Source of the DNA: Pseudomonadota bacterium
Lineage (GTDB): Bacteria; Pseudomonadota; Gammaproteobacteria; Burkholderiales; Burkholderiaceae_C
Assembly: GCA_021819435.1 (NCBI GenBank)
Contig: JAKARB010000014.1
Span: 19,085 to 83,084 of the forward strand
Length of the DNA: 64,000 bases
Direction: 5' to 3'
The position numbers were made by a program, and so were the translations under genes. Of this stretch, positions 50,206 through 59,722 are shown piece by piece (within the stretch, counting starts at the first letter, position 1; each line of letters starts with the position of its first letter). Below the pieces are notes generated by a model that ran no database searches, was not told the DNA's origin, and worked only from the letters and a program-made list of their open reading frames with translations.

Positions 50206-51399
50206 TCAGCCCAGCACCGCCGCGAACGCCTTCGCCACGGCCTCAACGTTGTTGGCGTTGAGGCCCGCCGCACACATGCGGCCCGAGCGCAGCACGTACA
50301 CGCCATGCTCGGTGCGCAGGGTGTCGGCCTGTTCGGGGCTCACGCCGGTGTAGCTGAACATGCCTCGCTGGTCGATGAAGTAGCGCACGTCACGACCGGG
50401 CAGCCTGGCCACCACGCCGTCGTACAGGCGTTGGCGCATCACCTTGATGCGCTGGCGCATGCCGGTGAGTTCATCGGCCCAGAGCTGGCGCAGCTCGCTC
50501 GACTGCAGCACCTTGGCCACGATCTGCGCGCCGTGCGTGGGCGGGCTGGAGTAGTTGCGGCGCACCGCCGACATCAACTGGCCGAGCACAAGCTGCGCCT
50601 GCGCCTTGTCGGGGCAGACGACGCTGAGGCCACCCACGCGCTCGCCGTACAGCGAGAAGCTCTTCGAGAACGAGTTCGCCACGAAGAAGCTGACGCCGGC
50701 ATCGGCCAGGGCACGCAGCGCGAAGGCGTCTTCCTCGATGCCATCGCCGAAGCCTTGGTAGGCGATGTCGAGGTAGGGTAGCAACTGGCGCTTTTTCAGC
50801 ACCTCGATGAGCTGCATCCACTGGGCGTTGTTCAGGTCGACGCCGGTGGGGTTGTGGCAGCAGGCGTGCAGCAGCACGATGCTCTTGGCTGGCAGCGCGT
50901 CGATGGCAGCCAGCATGGCGTCGAACTTCAGGCCCTTGGTGCCCGCGTCGTAGTAGGGGTAGGTGTTGACCTGGAAGCCCGCGCCTTCGAACATGGCGCG
51001 GTGGTTGTCCCAGGTCGGGTCGCTCACCCAAACCTGCGAGTCGGGGAAGTAGCGATTGAGGAAGTCACCACCCACTTTCAGGCCGCCCGAGCCGCCCAGG
51101 GTCTGGATGGTGGCGATGCGGCCGCTCTTCACCGCCTCGTGGTCGGCGCCGAAGAGCAGCTCCTGCACGGCCTGGCGGTAGGCCGGGTGGCCGGTCATGG
51201 GCAGGTAGGGCTTGGGGCCGACGGCGGCCAGCAGCGAGGACTCGGCCTCGCGCACGGCGCGCATCACCGGCAGGCGGCCTTCGTTGTCGAAGTAGATGCC
51301 GATGGAGAGGTTGATCTTGTCTGCGCGCGGGTCTTTCTGGAAGTCTTCGTTGAGGGTGAGGATGGGGTCGCCAGGGTAGGCATCGACGTGCAGAAACAT
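50206..51399 (-). CDS. Aromatic/aspartate aminotransferase (class I, TyrB/AspC type)
   Basis: GDPILTL, KINLSIGIY, LHACCHNPTG, DIAYQGF, NSFSKSFSLYGERVG. Confidence 0.95.
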   Translation of the reverse strand: MFLHVDAYPGDPILTLNEDFQKDPRADKINLSIGIYFDNEGRLPVMRAVREAESSLLAAVGPKPYLPMTGHPAYRQAVQELLFGADHEAVKSGRIATIQTLGGSGGLKVGGDFLNRYFPDSQVWVSDPTWDNHRAMFEGAGFQVNTYPYYDAGTKGLKFDAMLAAIDALPAKSIVLLHACCHNPTGVDLNNAQWMQLIEVLKKRQLLPYLDIAYQGFGDGIEEDAFALRALADAGVSFFVANSFSKSFSLYGERVGGLSVVCPDKAQAQLVLGQLMSAVRRNYSSPPTHGAQIVAKVLQSSELRQLWADELTGMRQRIKVMRQRLYDGVVARLPGRDVRYFIDQRGMFSYTGVSPEQADTLRTEHGVYVLRSGRMCAAGLNANNVEAVAKAFAAVLG

Positions 51400-51560
51400 G
51401 GTGGCTCCAGGGACACAGCAGGACAAAAATGAGGCGAGACGCATTATCGTGTGAGCAGCCCTCCAGTTCCTGGCCGGAGGTGCCGAAGACGAGCTCTGGG
51501 GGCGGCCTCTTCGTGGAGTCGATTCGCTGAGTCCATGCCTCCCAAAATTGGAGCAGCGAC

Positions 51561-53972
51561 ATGAATCCCCCTCGGAGCGCCCCGCCACCCGCGCCCGTGC
51601 AGGCAGATCCGCCCCCCGACCGCCCCCCGGACGGCCGAGCCCGCGAAGCAGCCCGCCTGCGTGCCCTCGGCCGGCTGGAGCTGATCGACAGCCCCCCTGA
51701 TGCCGAGATCGACCGGCTGACCGCCGTGGCGGCGCGCAGCCTGGACGTGCCCGTCTGCCTGATCTCGCTTGTCGACCGCGACCGCTTGTGGTTCAAATCG
51801 CGCACCGGCCTGTGGCTGGCCGAAACGCCCCGCCAAGGCAGCCTGTGCCAGCACGTGGTCGACACCGAGCAGCCTTTCGCGTGCCCCGATGTGAGCGCCG
51901 ACCAGCGCTTCGCCCACCACGCCCTGGTGCGCCCGCCCAGCCCCTGGCGCTTCTACGCAGGCGCGCCCCTGAGCTTCGACGATCAGGTGGTGGGCACCCT
52001 GTGCGTGCTCGACGCCCGCCCGCGCCCCGACTTCGACGATGCAAGCCTGGCCTTGCTGAGCGAGTTCGCCCAGATCACCCGCGACAGCCTCGCGGCTCGC
52101 CAGATCAAGCTCAACGCCCAGCGTGAGCGCGAGCTCTTCGCGGACGGCCCCTTCGCCGCCCTCATCTGGGACAACCACCCATCCCAGCCACGCATCAAGC
52201 ACCGCTCGGACAACCTCGCCCACATCGTCGGCCCAGAGGTCGCCATGGCCCTGAATGCGGGCGCCCCGCTGGAAACCTGCGTCGACCCGCGCGACGCCGA
52301 AGAGGTGCGCCTGGCCCTGATGAGCCACAGCCGCTCGCCCCTGCCGCAGAACCAGACGCGCTTTCGGCTCAACGTCGATGGCCGCTGGATCCAGCTCATC
52401 ACCGTGGGTGACCGAGATGCCCAGGGCGGGCTGCTGCGCATCCGTGGCTACCTGAGTGACGCCAGCCACCAAAAGCAGCTCGAATCGACCATCGAGTCCA
52501 CCCGCGAACGCCTGCACCTGGCGATGGAATCGGCACGCATCGGCGCCTGGGACATGGACCTCATCGCCCAACGGCGCCTGTGCAGCCCGCGCGTGGCCAG
52601 CATGATCGGCCACCCACATGAGGAGCTGGAACTCACCACCGACGAATGGATGGCGCTGGTGCACCCCTTCGACCGCCCCATCCTGGTCGAGAAAAGCGCG
52701 CGCCGCCTGAGCCTGAGCGATGAAGAACTCACCAGCAGCCGCGACCTGTTCTCTGTCGAATACCGCGTGCGTCACCGCATGGGCCATCACATCTGGGTGC
52801 AAAGCTGTGCGCGGCTGGTCTCGCGCGACAAGTTCGGCAAGCCGGCGCGCATCGTGGGCACGCTCATCGACATCACCGAGGCCAAGGCCGCCGAGCAATT
52901 GCGCCAGCGCCAGCAAAAGCTGCTGTCGCTGGTCAACGCCACGCAGCGCACCTTCTTGCAGGACAAGAGCCTCACGGCCGCCTGCGAAAGCTTGTTCGAG
53001 CCCCTGCTGGCGCTCACCGAAAGCCGCTTCGGCTTCATCGGCATCACCGAAGCCGGCGAAGGCGGGCAGCTCGCGCTGCGCGTGCCTTCCGTCTCGAACC
53101 TGAGTTGGGACACCTCCAGCCACCACTGGACGCAGCGCCACCGGCACGCCGTCGGTGGCGTGCTGTTCACCGAGCTCGACAACCTCTTCGGCTACGTGGT
53201 GACGCACAACACCGTGGTGTGCACCAACGACGCCCCCAACCACCCGGGCCAGAACACCAACCCGCCCGGCATCCCCGAGTTGCAGAGCTTCCTGGGCATC
53301 CCCTTGCGGCACGATGGCAAGGTGCTGGGCCTGCTGGCCCTGGGCAACCGGCAAGAAGGCTACGAGCCCGCCCTGGTGCAGATGCTGGAGCCGCTGACGC
53401 TGACCCTCGGCACCCTCATTCACGCCCGCGAGGTGGAAGAAGAACGCGCCCGCGCCGAGCGGCAATTGCTGCGGCAGGCCACGGCCGATTCGCTCACCGG
53501 GCTGGCCAACCGCCGCCGCTTCTTCGATGTCGGCGAAGGCCTGCTGGCCCAGTGCCGCCGCTACGGCACGCCAGCCACCGTCGCGCTGATGGACCTCGAT
53601 CACTTCAAACAGGTCAACGACCGGCATGGCCACGCGATGGGCGACGCCGTGCTCAAGGCCTTCGCGGCGGTGCTGCTCGACGTGCTGCGCGCCAGCGACC
53701 TGGCCGCGCGCGTGGGCGGCGAGGAGTTCGCCGTGCTGATGCCCTCGACCACGGCCGAAGAGGCGCTGATCCCGCTGGAGCGCATCCGCCAGATGTTGGC
53801 GGAGCACGAAGTGGCCCACGAAGGCCAGACCGTCCGCGTGAGCGTGAGCATCGGGCTGTGCGAATGGCGCGAAGGGCTGGATTCGCCGGATGCGTGGCTG
53901 GCGCAGGCAGACCAGGCCCTGTACGCCGCGAAGGCCGCCGGGCGCAACCGGTTGTGCGTGGCGGGGGGGTGA
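51561..53972 (+). CDS. Diguanylate cyclase (GAF-PAS-PAS/PAC-GAF-GGDEF)
   Basis: RFYAGAPL GAF, WMALVHPFD PAS, DSLTGLANRR, DLDHFKQVND, RVGGEEF. Confidence 0.93.
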   Translation: MNPPRSAPPPAPVQADPPPDRPPDGRAREAARLRALGRLELIDSPPDAEIDRLTAVAARSLDVPVCLISLVDRDRLWFKSRTGLWLAETPRQGSLCQHVVDTEQPFACPDVSADQRFAHHALVRPPSPWRFYAGAPLSFDDQVVGTLCVLDARPRPDFDDASLALLSEFAQITRDSLAARQIKLNAQRERELFADGPFAALIWDNHPSQPRIKHRSDNLAHIVGPEVAMALNAGAPLETCVDPRDAEEVRLALMSHSRSPLPQNQTRFRLNVDGRWIQLITVGDRDAQGGLLRIRGYLSDASHQKQLESTIESTRERLHLAMESARIGAWDMDLIAQRRLCSPRVASMIGHPHEELELTTDEWMALVHPFDRPILVEKSARRLSLSDEELTSSRDLFSVEYRVRHRMGHHIWVQSCARLVSRDKFGKPARIVGTLIDITEAKAAEQLRQRQQKLLSLVNATQRTFLQDKSLTAACESLFEPLLALTESRFGFIGITEAGEGGQLALRVPSVSNLSWDTSSHHWTQRHRHAVGGVLFTELDNLFGYVVTHNTVVCTNDAPNHPGQNTNPPGIPELQSFLGIPLRHDGKVLGLLALGNRQEGYEPALVQMLEPLTLTLGTLIHAREVEEERARAERQLLRQATADSLTGLANRRRFFDVGEGLLAQCRRYGTPATVALMDLDHFKQVNDRHGHAMGDAVLKAFAAVLLDVLRASDLAARVGGEEFAVLMPSTTAEEALIPLERIRQMLAEHEVAHEGQTVRVSVSIGLCEWREGLDSPDAWLAQADQALYAAKAAGRNRLCVAGG

Positions 53973-54057
53973 CGGCAACGCATTTACGCCGTTTTGACAC
54001 CGCCCGTGTCAGCATGGGCACCTCGTTCAACGCGGCGCCCCAGGGCGCCCAGATCCG

Positions 54058-55647
54058 ATGAGCCCCCTGCCCGCTGTACGGCCCGCCATCCCCTGGTTGC
54101 TGACCACCCTGGCCTGCATCCTGACCACCGTGCTGACCTTGCCCCTCAGGCACCTCGGGCTGGACGCGGTCAACACGGTGATGCTCTACCTGCTGACCGT
54201 GGTGCTGGTGGCCTCGAAGCTCGGGCGCGGGCCCAGCGTCTTCGCCGCCTTCCTCACGGTGGCGCTGTTTGACTTCTTCCATGTGCCGCCAAGCCTGTCC
54301 TTCCAGGTGCGGGACGCCCAATACCTGCTGACCTTCGCCGTGATGCTGGGCGTGGCGCTGTGGATCGCCCACCTCACCGCCAGTCTGCGCGCCCGCATGG
54401 TCGAATCCACCGAGGCGGCCCGCCGCGCCGAGGGCCTGGCCGCCCTGGCGCGCACGCTGGCGGGCGCCCCCGCGCCGGAGCAGGTGCAGACGGCCCTGGC
54501 CGCCTTCGTGCAGGAAACCTGCGGCGCTCAGGCCAGCATCTGGTGCCCTGACGAACACGAGGTGCTGAACCCCGTCGACGAGCAGGCTGCGCCCTCGCTC
54601 GCACGCCGGCTGGCGGCCACCGCACTCTTTCACGAAGCCCCCCGACTGGCCCACCCCGCCCGGCTGGATGACGATGCCCGAGGCGAGGTGTGGCTGTGGC
54701 CGCTGTGCGGCGCCACCCGGCTGCGCGGCGTGCTCGCACTGGAAGGACTGCCCCCGGGCAGTTGGGCTGCGCGCCGCACCCTGGCCGACGCCATCGCCAG
54801 CCTGGCCGCCACCGCCCTGGAGCGCCAGCACTTCGTCGACGTGGCGCACGCCAGCCAGATGGACGCCCTATCCGAACGGCTGCGCAGCTCCATCCTCTCG
54901 GCCCTGTCGCACGACATCCGCACCCCGCTGACCGCGCTCTACGGCCAGGCCGACACCCTGGCCTCGTGGCAACCGCCCCTGAGCAGCGCGGCCAGCGAGA
55001 TGGCGGCCTCCATCCGCGACCAGGCTTGGCGGCTGCATGACATGGTCAGCAAGCTGCTGGACATGGCCCGCCTGCGCAGCGGCACCAGCGGCACCAGCGG
55101 CACCAGCGGCATGGGTGGCATGAGTGGTGCACAAGGCGCCCCCCTGCCTCTGCAGCGCGAATGGCAGCCGCTGGAAGAGGTGGTGGGCGCGAGCATCCAA
55201 CTGCTTGGGCCAGCCCTGGCACGCCACCCCGTGCGCGTCGACCTGCCGCCCGACCTGCCCCTGCTGTGCTTCGACGCCGTGCTGATGGAGCGCGTCTTCG
55301 GCAACCTCATCGACAACGCCGCGCAATACGGCACGCCTGATGGCGCGATCCTCGTCCACGCCCACGCGCAAGACGGCCGCTGCGTGATCGGCGTGCGCAA
55401 CGATGGCCCCGGCTTTCCCCCTGGCCGGCTCGACAAGGTGTTCGATCTGTTCGAGCGCGGGCAGACCGAATCCGCCGTGCCGGGCATGGGCCTGGGCCTG
55501 GCCATATGCCGCGCCATCGTCGAGGCGCATGGCGGCGACATCCAGGCGCTCAACCCCGCCGAGGGCGGCGCCGAAGTCCGCTTCACGCTGCCACTGGGCA
55601 CGCCACCCGCCATCGAGCCAGAAACCAGCCAGGAGGCCGACGCATGA
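54058..55647 (+). CDS. kdpD: KdpD-like sensor kinase lacking the N-terminal KdpD/Usp domains
   Basis: Begins at DUF4118 TMs (FDFFHVPP.LSF); SHDIRTPL HisKA; NLIDNAAQY and GMGLGLAIC HATPase. Confidence 0.85.
   Translation: MSPLPAVRPAIPWLLTTLACILTTVLTLPLRHLGLDAVNTVMLYLLTVVLVASKLGRGPSVFAAFLTVALFDFFHVPPSLSFQVRDAQYLLTFAVMLGVALWIAHLTASLRARMVESTEAARRAEGLAALARTLAGAPAPEQVQTALAAFVQETCGAQASIWCPDEHEVLNPVDEQAAPSLARRLAATALFHEAPRLAHPARLDDDARGEVWLWPLCGATRLRGVLALEGLPPGSWAARRTLADAIASLAATALERQHFVDVAHASQMDALSERLRSSILSALSHDIRTPLTALYGQADTLASWQPPLSSAASEMAASIRDQAWRLHDMVSKLLDMARLRSGTSGTSGTSGMGGMSGAQGAPLPLQREWQPLEEVVGASIQLLGPALARHPVRVDLPPDLPLLCFDAVLMERVFGNLIDNAAQYGTPDGAILVHAHAQDGRCVIGVRNDGPGFPPGRLDKVFDLFERGQTESAVPGMGLGLAICRAIVEAHGGDIQALNPAEGGAEVRFTLPLGTPPAIEPETSQEADA
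55078..55110. repeat. 9-bp tandem repeat (AGCGGCACC)x3.7 in the kinase
   Basis: Encodes SGTSGTSGTSG in frame between HisKA and HATPase. Confidence 0.9.
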
Positions 55648-56336
55648 GCGACGCCCGCGTGCTGCTCGTCGAAGACGACCCCCACATCGCCCGCTTCGTG
55701 GACAACGCCTTGAGCGCAGCGGGCCACGCCGTGACGCTGGCGGGCACGCTGGCCCAGGCCACCGAGCGCCTGACCGACCCCGTGCCCGACCTCGTCGTGC
55801 TGGACCTGGGCCTGCCCGATGGCGATGGCCTGACCCTGCTGCGCAACCTGCGGACGTGGTCGAGCCTGCCGGTGCTGGTGCTCTCGGCCCGCGCGCACGA
55901 GCACGACAAGATCGAAGCGCTGGACGCCGGCGCGGACGACTACCTGACCAAGCCCTTCTCGGTGGGTGAGCTGCAAGCGCGCGTTCGCGCCATGCTGCGC
56001 CGCGCCCAACGCGCCAGCGACGACGGCCGCCCCCTGCGCCGCTTCGGCTCGATCGAAGTCGACCTGGCGCACCGGCAAGTCCGCAAGGGCGGCGAGCCCG
56101 TGCGGCTCACGCCGATCGAATACCAGCTGCTGTGCGTGCTGATCTCGCACGCCGGCCGGGTGCTCACGCATCGTCAACTGCTCAAGGAAGTCTGGGGCCC
56201 GGGCCACGCCGATCACAGCCACTACCTGCGGGTCTACGTGGGCCACCTGCGCCACAAGCTGGAAGACGACCCCACCCAACCGCGCCACCTGCTCACCGAG
56301 CTGGGCGTGGGCTACCGCTTCGCATCAGAAGGATGA
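55644..56336 (+). CDS. kdpE: Response regulator KdpE
   Basis: LDLGLPDGDG, DDYLTKPF, HYLRVYVGHLRHKLEDDPTQPRHLLTELGVGYRF. Confidence 0.93.
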   Translation: MSDARVLLVEDDPHIARFVDNALSAAGHAVTLAGTLAQATERLTDPVPDLVVLDLGLPDGDGLTLLRNLRTWSSLPVLVLSARAHEHDKIEALDAGADDYLTKPFSVGELQARVRAMLRRAQRASDDGRPLRRFGSIEVDLAHRQVRKGGEPVRLTPIEYQLLCVLISHAGRVLTHRQLLKEVWGPGHADHSHYLRVYVGHLRHKLEDDPTQPRHLLTELGVGYRFASEG

Positions 56337-56340
56337 CACC

Positions 56341-58320
56341 ATGTCTTCAGTGGTGAACAAGGGCTTGCCGGCATCTTCGGCCCCTCACACAGCGCCCGAC
56401 ACAGCGCCCGACACGACACCCGCCGCGCCGCACCGTGGCGCCTCCAGCCTCGGGGCCTTGACCCTGGCCGCGCTGGGCGTCGTCTTCGGCGACATCGGCA
56501 CCAGCCCGCTCTACGCCTTCAAGGAAGCCTTCACCGGCCCCCACGGCATGCCCGCCTCGCCCGAGAACGTGCTGGCCACCTTGTCCGCACTGCTGTGGGC
56601 CTTGCTGATCATCGTCTCCATCAAGTACGTGCTGATCGTGCTCAAGCACGACAACGATGGCGAGGGCGGCGTGCTGGCGCTCACCGCGCTGGCCCACCGC
56701 CTGGCGGACGACCCCTCGCGCCACGCGCGGCGCTCCGCCCTGGTGGTGGGCGCGGGCGTCTTTGCTGCCGCGCTGTTCTATGGCGACGCCATCATCACCC
56801 CGGCCATCTCGGTGCTGTCGGCCGTTGAAGGCATCAGCGTGGCCACGCCTCATCTCGAACACATGATCGTGCCGGTCACCATCGGCATCATCATCGCCCT
56901 GTTCGCCATCCAGAAGAAGGGCACGGGCAGCGTCGGGCGCCTGTTCGGGCCGGTGACGGTGCTGTGGTTCGTCTGCCTGGCGGTGATGGGCGTGCGCAGC
57001 ATCGTGCAGACGCCCGCCGTGCTGCAAGCCCTGAGCCCGCTGCATGCGCTGCGCTTCGCCGTGGACCACCCGGGCACCGCCTTCGTGCTGCTCTCGGCCG
57101 TGTTCCTGGCCATGACCGGCGGCGAGGCCCTCTACGCCGACATGGGCCACTTCGGGCGCCGCGCGGTGCGCCTGGGCTGGTACGGGCTGGTCTTCCCCAG
57201 CCTGGTGATCAACTACTTCGGCCAGGGCGCGCTGGTGCTGCGCGACGCATCGGCCGCCGCCAACCCCTTCTACCTGCTGGTGCCCGAACCCATGCTGCTG
57301 CCGCTGGTGGTGCTGGCCACGGCGGCCACCGTCATCGCCTCGCAGGCCACCATCTCGGGCGCCTACTCCATGACGCTGCAAGCCAGCCAGATGGGCTACC
57401 TGCCCCGCGTGCGCGTGCTGCACACCTCCGACCATGAGCAGGGGCAGATCTACGTGCCCAGCGTCAACTGGCTGATGCTGCTCGCGGTGATCGCGCTGGT
57501 GCTGAGCTTCAAGTCGTCCGGCGCGCTGGCTGCGGCCTACGGCATCGCCGTGTCGGGCACCATGATCATCACGACGCTGCTGATGGGCATCGTGGTGTGG
57601 CTGGGCGTGCGCACCTGGCGGCGCACCACGCTGGCCGCGCTCGCCGGCTTCCTGCTGCTGGAATTCGGGTTCTTCGCCTCCAACCTGACCAAGCTGGGCG
57701 AAGGCGGCTGGTTCCCGCTCACGCTGGGCTGCCTCATCTTCGTCGCACTGACCACCTGGAAGAAGGGCAGCGCCCTGGTGGCCCAACAGCGCCGCCGCAT
57801 CGACATCCCCATGGCCGACTTCGTGAGCGGCCCCGCACCCGATGTGCACCACGTGCCCGGCTCTGCGGTCTACCTGACCTCTGACCCCGCCATCGTGCCC
57901 AGCGCGCTGTTCCACAACTTGAAGCACTACAAGGTGATGCACGATGTCACCGTGTTCCTGCACGTGCTCAACGAAGACGTGCCCCGCGTGCCCGACGCAA
58001 GACGGCTGGACGTGGCGCAACTCATGGATGGCGTCTGGCAGATCTCGGTGCGCTTCGGCTTTCGCGAAGAACCCGACATCCCGCGCGCCCTCGCCTTGCT
58101 CGACGTGGCCGATCTGCACGGCACCGCACGGCCCGAGCTGCAACCCATGGCCACCACCTTCTTCGTTGCACGCTCGACCGTGGTGGACGGCCCCGGCGCG
58201 CTGTCGCCCTGGCGCAGCGGCTTGTACGCCTGGATGACGCGCCAGGCCGAAAGCGCCGCCACCTACTACCGGCTGCCAGCCAACCAGGTGGTGGAGCTGG
58301 GCACGCAGGTGATGTTGTGA
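56341..58320 (+). CDS. kup: Potassium transporter Kup
   Basis: GVVFGDIGTSPLY, NDGEGG, YGDAIITPAISVLSAVEG, EALYADMGHFG. Confidence 0.97.
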   Translation: MSSVVNKGLPASSAPHTAPDTAPDTTPAAPHRGASSLGALTLAALGVVFGDIGTSPLYAFKEAFTGPHGMPASPENVLATLSALLWALLIIVSIKYVLIVLKHDNDGEGGVLALTALAHRLADDPSRHARRSALVVGAGVFAAALFYGDAIITPAISVLSAVEGISVATPHLEHMIVPVTIGIIIALFAIQKKGTGSVGRLFGPVTVLWFVCLAVMGVRSIVQTPAVLQALSPLHALRFAVDHPGTAFVLLSAVFLAMTGGEALYADMGHFGRRAVRLGWYGLVFPSLVINYFGQGALVLRDASAAANPFYLLVPEPMLLPLVVLATAATVIASQATISGAYSMTLQASQMGYLPRVRVLHTSDHEQGQIYVPSVNWLMLLAVIALVLSFKSSGALAAAYGIAVSGTMIITTLLMGIVVWLGVRTWRRTTLAALAGFLLLEFGFFASNLTKLGEGGWFPLTLGCLIFVALTTWKKGSALVAQQRRRIDIPMADFVSGPAPDVHHVPGSAVYLTSDPAIVPSALFHNLKHYKVMHDVTVFLHVLNEDVPRVPDARRLDVAQLMDGVWQISVRFGFREEPDIPRALALLDVADLHGTARPELQPMATTFFVARSTVVDGPGALSPWRSGLYAWMTRQAESAATYYRLPANQVVELGTQVML

Positions 58321-58531
58321 GCCGAGGCGGTGCCGATGCCACCGTCACAGGCCGCCATGCAGCACCCCGCAACGCACCTGATCATGGTTGATCGCGCCTG
58401 ATTGCCGCCCGCCCTCGGCGGGTATGCCGCTTGCCCCATCTCCATTCGTGCGGTGCCCAGCCAGCCGCGTTCAAGGAGATGACCATGCACCCTGTGCCCA
58501 GGACAGCCGCCCTCCTTCCGGAGAAGACGGC

Positions 58532-59710
58532 ATGAAAGCCCTGACCTACCACTCGGCCAAGGACGTGCGCGTCGAGACCGTGCCCGACCCGATCATTCAG
58601 GAGCCGGAGGACATCATCCTGCGCGTCACGGCCACCGCCATCTGCGGCTCCGACTTGCACATCTACCGCGGCAAGATTCCCGGCATGAAAGCAGGCGACG
58701 TGCTGGGCCACGAGTTCATGGGCGTCGTCGAAGAAGTGGGCCCGGCCGTCACCTGCATCAGCCCTGGCGAGCGCGTGGTCGTGCCATTCACCATTTCCTG
58801 CGGTGACTGTTTTTTCTGCAACGCACGCCTCTTTGCCGCCTGCGAAACCACCAACCCGGGCCGAGGCGCCATCCTCAACAAGAAGAACGTGCGCTCAGGC
58901 GCGGGCATGTTCGGCTACTCGCACCTGTACGGCGGCTACCCCGGCGGGCAAGCCGAGTTCGTGCGCGTGCCCAAGGCCAACACCGGCCCGCTGACGATCC
59001 CCGCCGGCCTGGCTGACGAACAGGTGCTCTTTCTCTCAGACATCCTGCCCACGGGCTACCAGGCCGTGCTCAACGCCCGTGTGGAAGAGGGCTCCCACAT
59101 CGCCATCTTCGGCGCGGGGCCAGTGGGCCTGATGGCGGCGGCATGCGCCCGCATGCTGGGCGCCGAACGCATCTTCATGGTCGATCACCACGCCTATCGC
59201 CTCGAATTCGCTCGGCAAACCTACGACGTCATCCCCATCAACTTCGACGAGATCGAAGACCCCGCCGAATTCATCGTCGAGCAGACGGACTTCCGGGGCG
59301 TGGACGCCTCGATCGACGCGGTGGGCTTCGAGGCCAAGGGCAGCGCGCTCGAAACCGTGCTCACCGACCTGAAGCTGGAAGGCTCCAGCGGCAAGGTGCT
59401 GCGCCAGGCCATCGCGGCCACGCGCCGTGGCGGCGTGATCAGCGTGCCCGGCGTGTACGCGGGCTTCATCCACGGCTTCCTGTTTGGCGATGCTTTCGAG
59501 AAAGGGCTGAGCTTTGCCTCCGGCCAGACGCACACGCAGCAGCACATGCCGCAATTGCTGGAGCACATCCTCAGGGGCGAACTGCGCCCCGAGGTCATCG
59601 TCACGCACCGCCTGCCGCTGCACGAAGCCGCCCGAGGCTACGAGCTGTTTGAGCAAAAGCTAGAAGATTGCCGCAAGGTGATCTTGACGCCCGAACTCTT
59701 GCCCGCGTGA
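58532..59710 (+). CDS. Zinc-dependent alcohol/formaldehyde dehydrogenase family (YbdR-like)
   Basis: [37 protein letters not shown]. Confidence 0.93.
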   Translation: MKALTYHSAKDVRVETVPDPIIQEPEDIILRVTATAICGSDLHIYRGKIPGMKAGDVLGHEFMGVVEEVGPAVTCISPGERVVVPFTISCGDCFFCNARLFAACETTNPGRGAILNKKNVRSGAGMFGYSHLYGGYPGGQAEFVRVPKANTGPLTIPAGLADEQVLFLSDILPTGYQAVLNARVEEGSHIAIFGAGPVGLMAAACARMLGAERIFMVDHHAYRLEFARQTYDVIPINFDEIEDPAEFIVEQTDFRGVDASIDAVGFEAKGSALETVLTDLKLEGSSGKVLRQAIAATRRGGVISVPGVYAGFIHGFLFGDAFEKGLSFASGQTHTQQHMPQLLEHILRGELRPEVIVTHRLPLHEAARGYELFEQKLEDCRKVILTPELLPA

Positions 59711-59722
59711 CGGGCCTGTGCC

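Noticed and set aside
25490-54849. Long antisense ORFs (e.g. 25490-27211 +, 40700-42463 -, 51444-53978 -, 56347-58143 -)
   Set aside because: Shadow ORFs opposite well-supported genes in high-GC DNA, with no recognisable domains
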